Source: Mobula hypostoma
Lineage: Eukaryota
DNA: 64,000 bases
Direction: 5' to 3'
Assembly (NCBI RefSeq): GCF_963921235.1
Contig: NC_086107.1
Location: 93,188,001-93,252,000 of the forward strand
Shown here: piece after piece, positions 62,821 through 64,000 of the stretch
How the letters are laid out: each line of letters begins with the position of its first letter
Numbering within the stretch: position 1 is the first letter of the stretch
Notes under the pieces: model-generated
Seen by the model: the letters and a program-made list of their open reading frames with translations, nothing else
What the model was told of the DNA's origin: nothing
Databases searched by the model: none
Made by a program: the position numbers and the translations under genes

Positions 62821-63419
62821 GCGGACAGAGTAGAGGTGCTCGGGGGAACGGCCGCCCTGCTCTGCCTAGGCTCGGACTCGCCGACGACAAGGAGCCCCAC
62901 ATCGACAGGGTTGGGGAGTGCGTAAGGACGAGGGGCGAGGAGGGCGGAGGTGACCCGAACCACCCTTTCTATGCCCTCGGTCACACCACGGCAGCAGTGC
63001 GGGATTGAACTGTCACAGCAAAACCGGCCGCGCTGTGTCTCGGGGCGGTGACTCCTCCGACAGCTGGCCACTTAAAGCATTGACCCATTTCCACAGCAGG
63101 TGCCAGTCAGCAGTGGAGTGGCCGAGAGAGGCAGTTTGGAGCCCAGATCCTGCGGGGCCCAGCGTGTAACGTCCTGCTAGCAGGTTAACACTTCATTAGG
63201 CAATGGCATCGACATGGCTGTAATTTGATGTTTTTTTGGCCAGATTATGCTTCCGGAACATCTGCAACCCGTCTCATTCCTCTTCTACCCCTATATGCTT
63301 GCACGCCGTTTCCTTCAGAGCGCACGTCCCCGCGAGTGGAACAATCCTGCGGATATGACTCTCCACGAAACCTAACCCGACCACTGAATGCTCTGGTATT
63401 TCCTGAGACTATTTGCAGT

Positions 63420-64000
63420 CAGGTACACCTGTACGCCTGCTCGTGAATGCTAGTATCTAATCAGCCAATCATGAGGAAGCATGAAAGCACGCAGACATGG
63501 TCAAGAGGTTCAGCTGTTGCTCGGGCCGATCATCAGAATGGGGAAGAAATGTGACTTTGACTGTGGAATGATTGTTGGTGCCAGACGGGGTGGTTCGAGT
63601 ATCTCAGGAACTGCTGATCTCCTGGGGTTTTCGTGCTCGGCAGTCTCTAGAGCACCCCTCCCCCCACGCCGGTTAATGGTAGGGGTCCATGGCATAAAAA
63701 AGGTTGGAAATCTAGAGTTTACACAAAATGGTGCAAAAAAAAACATAAAGCGTCAGCAGCAGCAGTTCTGTGGGCAAAAATACCCTCTTCATTAGCGAGG
63801 TCGGCGGAGAATGGCCAGGCTGGTTCAAGATGACTGTAACACAAATAACCACATATTACAACAGTGGTGTGCAAAAGAACACCTCTGAATGCACAATACA
63901 TCGAATCTTGAAGGGGATGAACTGCAGTAGCAGAAGATCATAAACACACATTGCACCCTGTAGCCATTTACTAGGTAGAGATGGTACCTAATAAGGTGTC
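63420..64000 (+). mobile_element. Tc1/mariner DNA transposon, internally deleted (transposase N-terminal HTH only), with a hAT MITE fragment at 63653-63710
   Basis: MGKKCDFDCGMIVGARRGGSSISGTADLLGFS; insert flanked by duplicated TCTAGAG; TIR-like GTACCTAATAAGGTG at the window end. Confidence 0.85.

Overview
This is vertebrate nuclear DNA, most likely from a cartilaginous fish (shark or ray). That is inferred from the repeat content: HE1/V-SINE-like SINEs, CR1 LINEs with zinc-finger/esterase ORF1, Rex1/Babar LINEs and Penelope-like elements. Most of the window is decayed, often nested transposable elements. I found no intact protein-coding gene, rRNA, tRNA gene or CRISPR array; the ORF-track hits I could interpret are broken LINE pieces or microsatellite artefacts. 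The main non-repeat part is a TE-free, CpG- and microsatellite-rich island at ~3.4-8.2 kb. It has minus-strand splice-donor-like sites, a split RE1/REST-like motif and a CRE, so it is probably the 5' end of an unidentified minus-strand gene. Several short unique islands look like enhancers or conserved non-coding elements. The most interesting signals are RNA-structural and carried by TEs: a candidate HDV-like ribozyme in a short RTE-like element (18.3 kb), decayed minimal hammerhead ribozymes in Penelope termini, a young head-to-head inverted pair of a non-tRNA short retroelement (47-48.7 kb), V-SINEs with two different LINE-derived tails, and a satellite grown out of a CR1 3' tail. TE family names come from motif recognition only, with no database search, and boundaries are approximate.
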